In this document: piece after piece, positions 61,979-64,000 of the stretch
Numbering within the stretch: the stretch's first letter is position 1
Layout: each line of letters opens with the position of its first letter
Source: an uncultured delta proteobacterium
GTDB lineage: Bacteria; Desulfobacterota; Desulfobacteria; Desulfobacterales; JAFDCJ01
NCBI GenBank assembly: GCA_963769935.1
Contig: CAVYNY010000013.1
Location: 448,001-512,000, forward strand
Direction of reading: 5' to 3'
Length of the DNA stretch: 64,000 bases
Made by a program: the position numbers and the translations under genes
The notes under the pieces: generated by a model
The model's database searches: none
Told to the model about the DNA's origin: nothing
The model's input: only the letters and a program-made list of their open reading frames with translations

Positions 61979-63538
61979 ATGAGAACGGACAGATTATGGA
62001 ATATGAACGTTTTATTGATTGCTTTGCTGATCACAGGGTTGATGTTTAGCATTGCCCCGCTGAAAGCCCGGGCCGAAATTGATGAACTTATCATCGGTGT
62101 CGGCGTGGATGCCGACACCCTGAACCCGCAGGAACAGACCACGACTTTATTCCAGAACTGGTGTGATTTAATATACGGCAGTTTTTTCTTTCAGGATCCG
62201 GATGGCAAGCTTCATCCCCGGCTGGCAACCGGTTTCGACGTATCGCCAGACGGTCTGACCTGGACCCTGCACCTGCGCCAGGGCGTAAAATTCTCCGACG
62301 GCACCGATTTTAACGCCGATGCGGTCAAGCTGACCTGGGATCGCATCCTGGATCCGAAAATGCGGGTACCCCTGCGATATAACGTCGGCATGGTGAACGA
62401 GTGTGCCAAGATAGACGACTACACGGTGGCGCTCAAGCTAAAATACCCGTTTGCACCTCTGGGGCCGGCGCTATCCATGTCGCTGGTATCCCCCATCAGC
62501 CCTGCCGGCCTTGCCAAATACGGTGAAGAGGTGCGCCAGAATCCGGTGGGCGCCGGCCCCTACATCCTCAAGGAATGGGTCATGGGTGACCACGTCACTA
62601 TGGTCCGCAACGAGAACTACTGGGGCGAGAAGCCGACCGTGGCCAAAATTACCTGGAAAATTGTTCCCGAAGCGGCCACGCGTGAAGCCATGCTGCAGAG
62701 CGGCCAGATTCAAATTTGTTATAAGCCGCTACCGTCCAATGTGGCCTCTCTTCAAGCCGATCCCAACATCACCGTTGAAATGCCGCTGGATACCCGGACC
62801 ATCTTCATGGGGCTCAATTGCCAGAAGGGTGTGACCACCGACAAAAAGGTCCGGCAGGCCTTCAATTATGCCGTAAATAAAAAAGCGATCGTAAATAAGA
62901 TCCTGTTCGGAACGGCCGAACCCATGGAGGGACCGGTCTCACCCGTAGTATTCGGTTATTTCAGAATGGACCATCAGTATGACTACAACCCCGAAAAAGC
63001 CAAACAGCTTCTGAAGGAGGCCAACTTCGATTTTTCCCAGGTCGTCCATATGCGCACTCCCAACGGCCGTTATCTTTTTGACAAACAGGTTTCCGAAGCA
63101 GTTCAGGCTTATCTCCAAGCCATCGGCGTCAATGTCGAGCTGCGCACCTATGACTGGCCGACGTATGTTGCCGGATTGCTGAAACCCCTGGATCAAACCG
63201 AACTGGAAGTATTCCTGCTGGGCTGGGGTCCGCTCATCATGGATGCAGACGGGGGCCTCTATGGTCAGTTTACCTGTGAGGTCAATCCGCCCAAAGGACT
63301 GGGAGCGGCCTTCTACTGCAATCCGGAGTTCGACAAAATTATGAAAGCCTCCCGCAGAGAGCAGGATCCCGAAAAAAGGCTGGCGCTTCTCAAGCAGGCC
63401 TCGGAGATCGTCTGGGACGACTGCCCCTGGCTGTGGCTGCATGTGGAGAAATTCGTCATTGCGTATTCCAGTAAAATCAAGGGCATGGTGGTAACACCGA
63501 CCGAAAAATTCTATCCGCAATACATTACGATGCAATAG
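61979..63538 (+). CDS. Peptide/glutathione ABC substrate-binding protein (family 5)
   Basis: LRQGVKFSDGTDFNA, PVGAGPY and VRQAFNYAV motifs. Confidence 0.92.
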   Translation: MRTDRLWNMNVLLIALLITGLMFSIAPLKARAEIDELIIGVGVDADTLNPQEQTTTLFQNWCDLIYGSFFFQDPDGKLHPRLATGFDVSPDGLTWTLHLRQGVKFSDGTDFNADAVKLTWDRILDPKMRVPLRYNVGMVNECAKIDDYTVALKLKYPFAPLGPALSMSLVSPISPAGLAKYGEEVRQNPVGAGPYILKEWVMGDHVTMVRNENYWGEKPTVAKITWKIVPEAATREAMLQSGQIQICYKPLPSNVASLQADPNITVEMPLDTRTIFMGLNCQKGVTTDKKVRQAFNYAVNKKAIVNKILFGTAEPMEGPVSPVVFGYFRMDHQYDYNPEKAKQLLKEANFDFSQVVHMRTPNGRYLFDKQVSEAVQAYLQAIGVNVELRTYDWPTYVAGLLKPLDQTELEVFLLGWGPLIMDADGGLYGQFTCEVNPPKGLGAAFYCNPEFDKIMKASRREQDPEKRLALLKQASEIVWDDCPWLWLHVEKFVIAYSSKIKGMVVTPTEKFYPQYITMQ

Positions 63539-63557
63539 CAGGCAGGATGAAAAATGA

Positions 63558-63585
63558 AGCCGGGGCAGCGGATGCTGCCCCGGCT
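63558..63585 (+). terminator. GC-rich stem-loop after the SBP gene
   Basis: AGCCGGGGCAGC-ggat-GCTGCCCCGGCT, a perfect 12-bp stem. Confidence 0.65.
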
Positions 63586-63607
63586 CCATGATTATTACAC
63601 TGACATT

Positions 63608-64000
63608 ATGGCCATCGATATAGAACGCATCCGCAGCGATATAAAAAACATTAGCGCTTTTAATGCCACGCCCGGCCGCGGAACAACCAGGCTGACGTTT
63701 AGCGCCGAATATCAAAGCGCGCTAAACTATGTACGCGGCCAATTCAATGAACTGGGTGCCGCCGTCTCAATTTGTCCGGGCGGCAATGTCAGGGGCAGGT
63801 TTGCCGGTTCCGACGGAAACGCGCCGGCGGTAATGATGGGCTCTCACCTGGATTCGGTCGTCCATGGCGGTCATTTTGATGGAGTAGTGGGGGTGGTGAC
63901 GGCTCTGGAAGCCGCCCGCAGTATGGTTGAAGACAAAATTGCTCACCGGCTGCCGGTCGACGTCGTAATTTTCCCTGAGGAAGAAGGCTCCCGGTTTGGC
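63608..64000 (+). CDS. Zn-dependent hydrolase (allantoate/N-carbamoyl-amino-acid amidohydrolase, M20), partial
   Basis: Not in the ORF track. Manual translation gives MAIDIERIRSDI...GTTRLTFS...GSHLDSVVHGGHFDGVVGV...EEEGSRFG; runs off the window end. Confidence 0.9.
   Translation, partial: MAIDIERIRSDIKNISAFNATPGRGTTRLTFSAEYQSALNYVRGQFNELGAAVSICPGGNVRGRFAGSDGNAPAVMMGSHLDSVVHGGHFDGVVGVVTALEAARSMVEDKIAHRLPVDVVIFPEEEGSRFG

Overview
This 64-kb window is bacterial and GC-rich (about 55%). Gene content and intergenic repeats suggest a deltaproteobacterium of the Desulfobacterales type, which is an inference. 1-19 kb holds two RND efflux modules, two MscS channels, an OPT transporter, a truncated group-3b (sulfhydrogenase-type) hydrogenase operon and an orphan nuoF-nuoG pair. 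19-34 kb mixes housekeeping and accessory genes (UbiB/AarF kinase, CoA-disulfide reductase-rhodanese, ComB, lptFG, lactonase) with several small gene remnants. The main interest is 34-54.5 kb, where two operons converge on a RuBisCO-like protein (RLP, form IV). From memory this RLP closely resembles the Chlorobium-type IV-Photo RLP, whose substrate is unknown. The left operon encodes an XRE-cupin regulator, two paralogous Zn-dehydrogenases, a sugar ABC importer, cupins, an MBL lactonase, a class II aldolase, a Tm-1-like (UPF0261) protein and the RLP. The right operon, divergent from a DeoR gene, encodes a creatininase-family hydrolase, an FAD oxidoreductase, a CCG Fe-S protein, an HD hydrolase and a second Tm-1-like protein. 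Together they look like an uncharacterised catabolic pathway for a sugar, polyol or cyclitol, with no recognisable kinase. Every gene between about 47.5 and 56.4 kb carries small frameshifts, probably sequencing indels. 56.8-64 kb holds a class II aldolase, pcaD, a PilZ protein, three amidohydrolases and a peptide-binding protein. No rRNA, tRNA, CRISPR array or transposase was seen.
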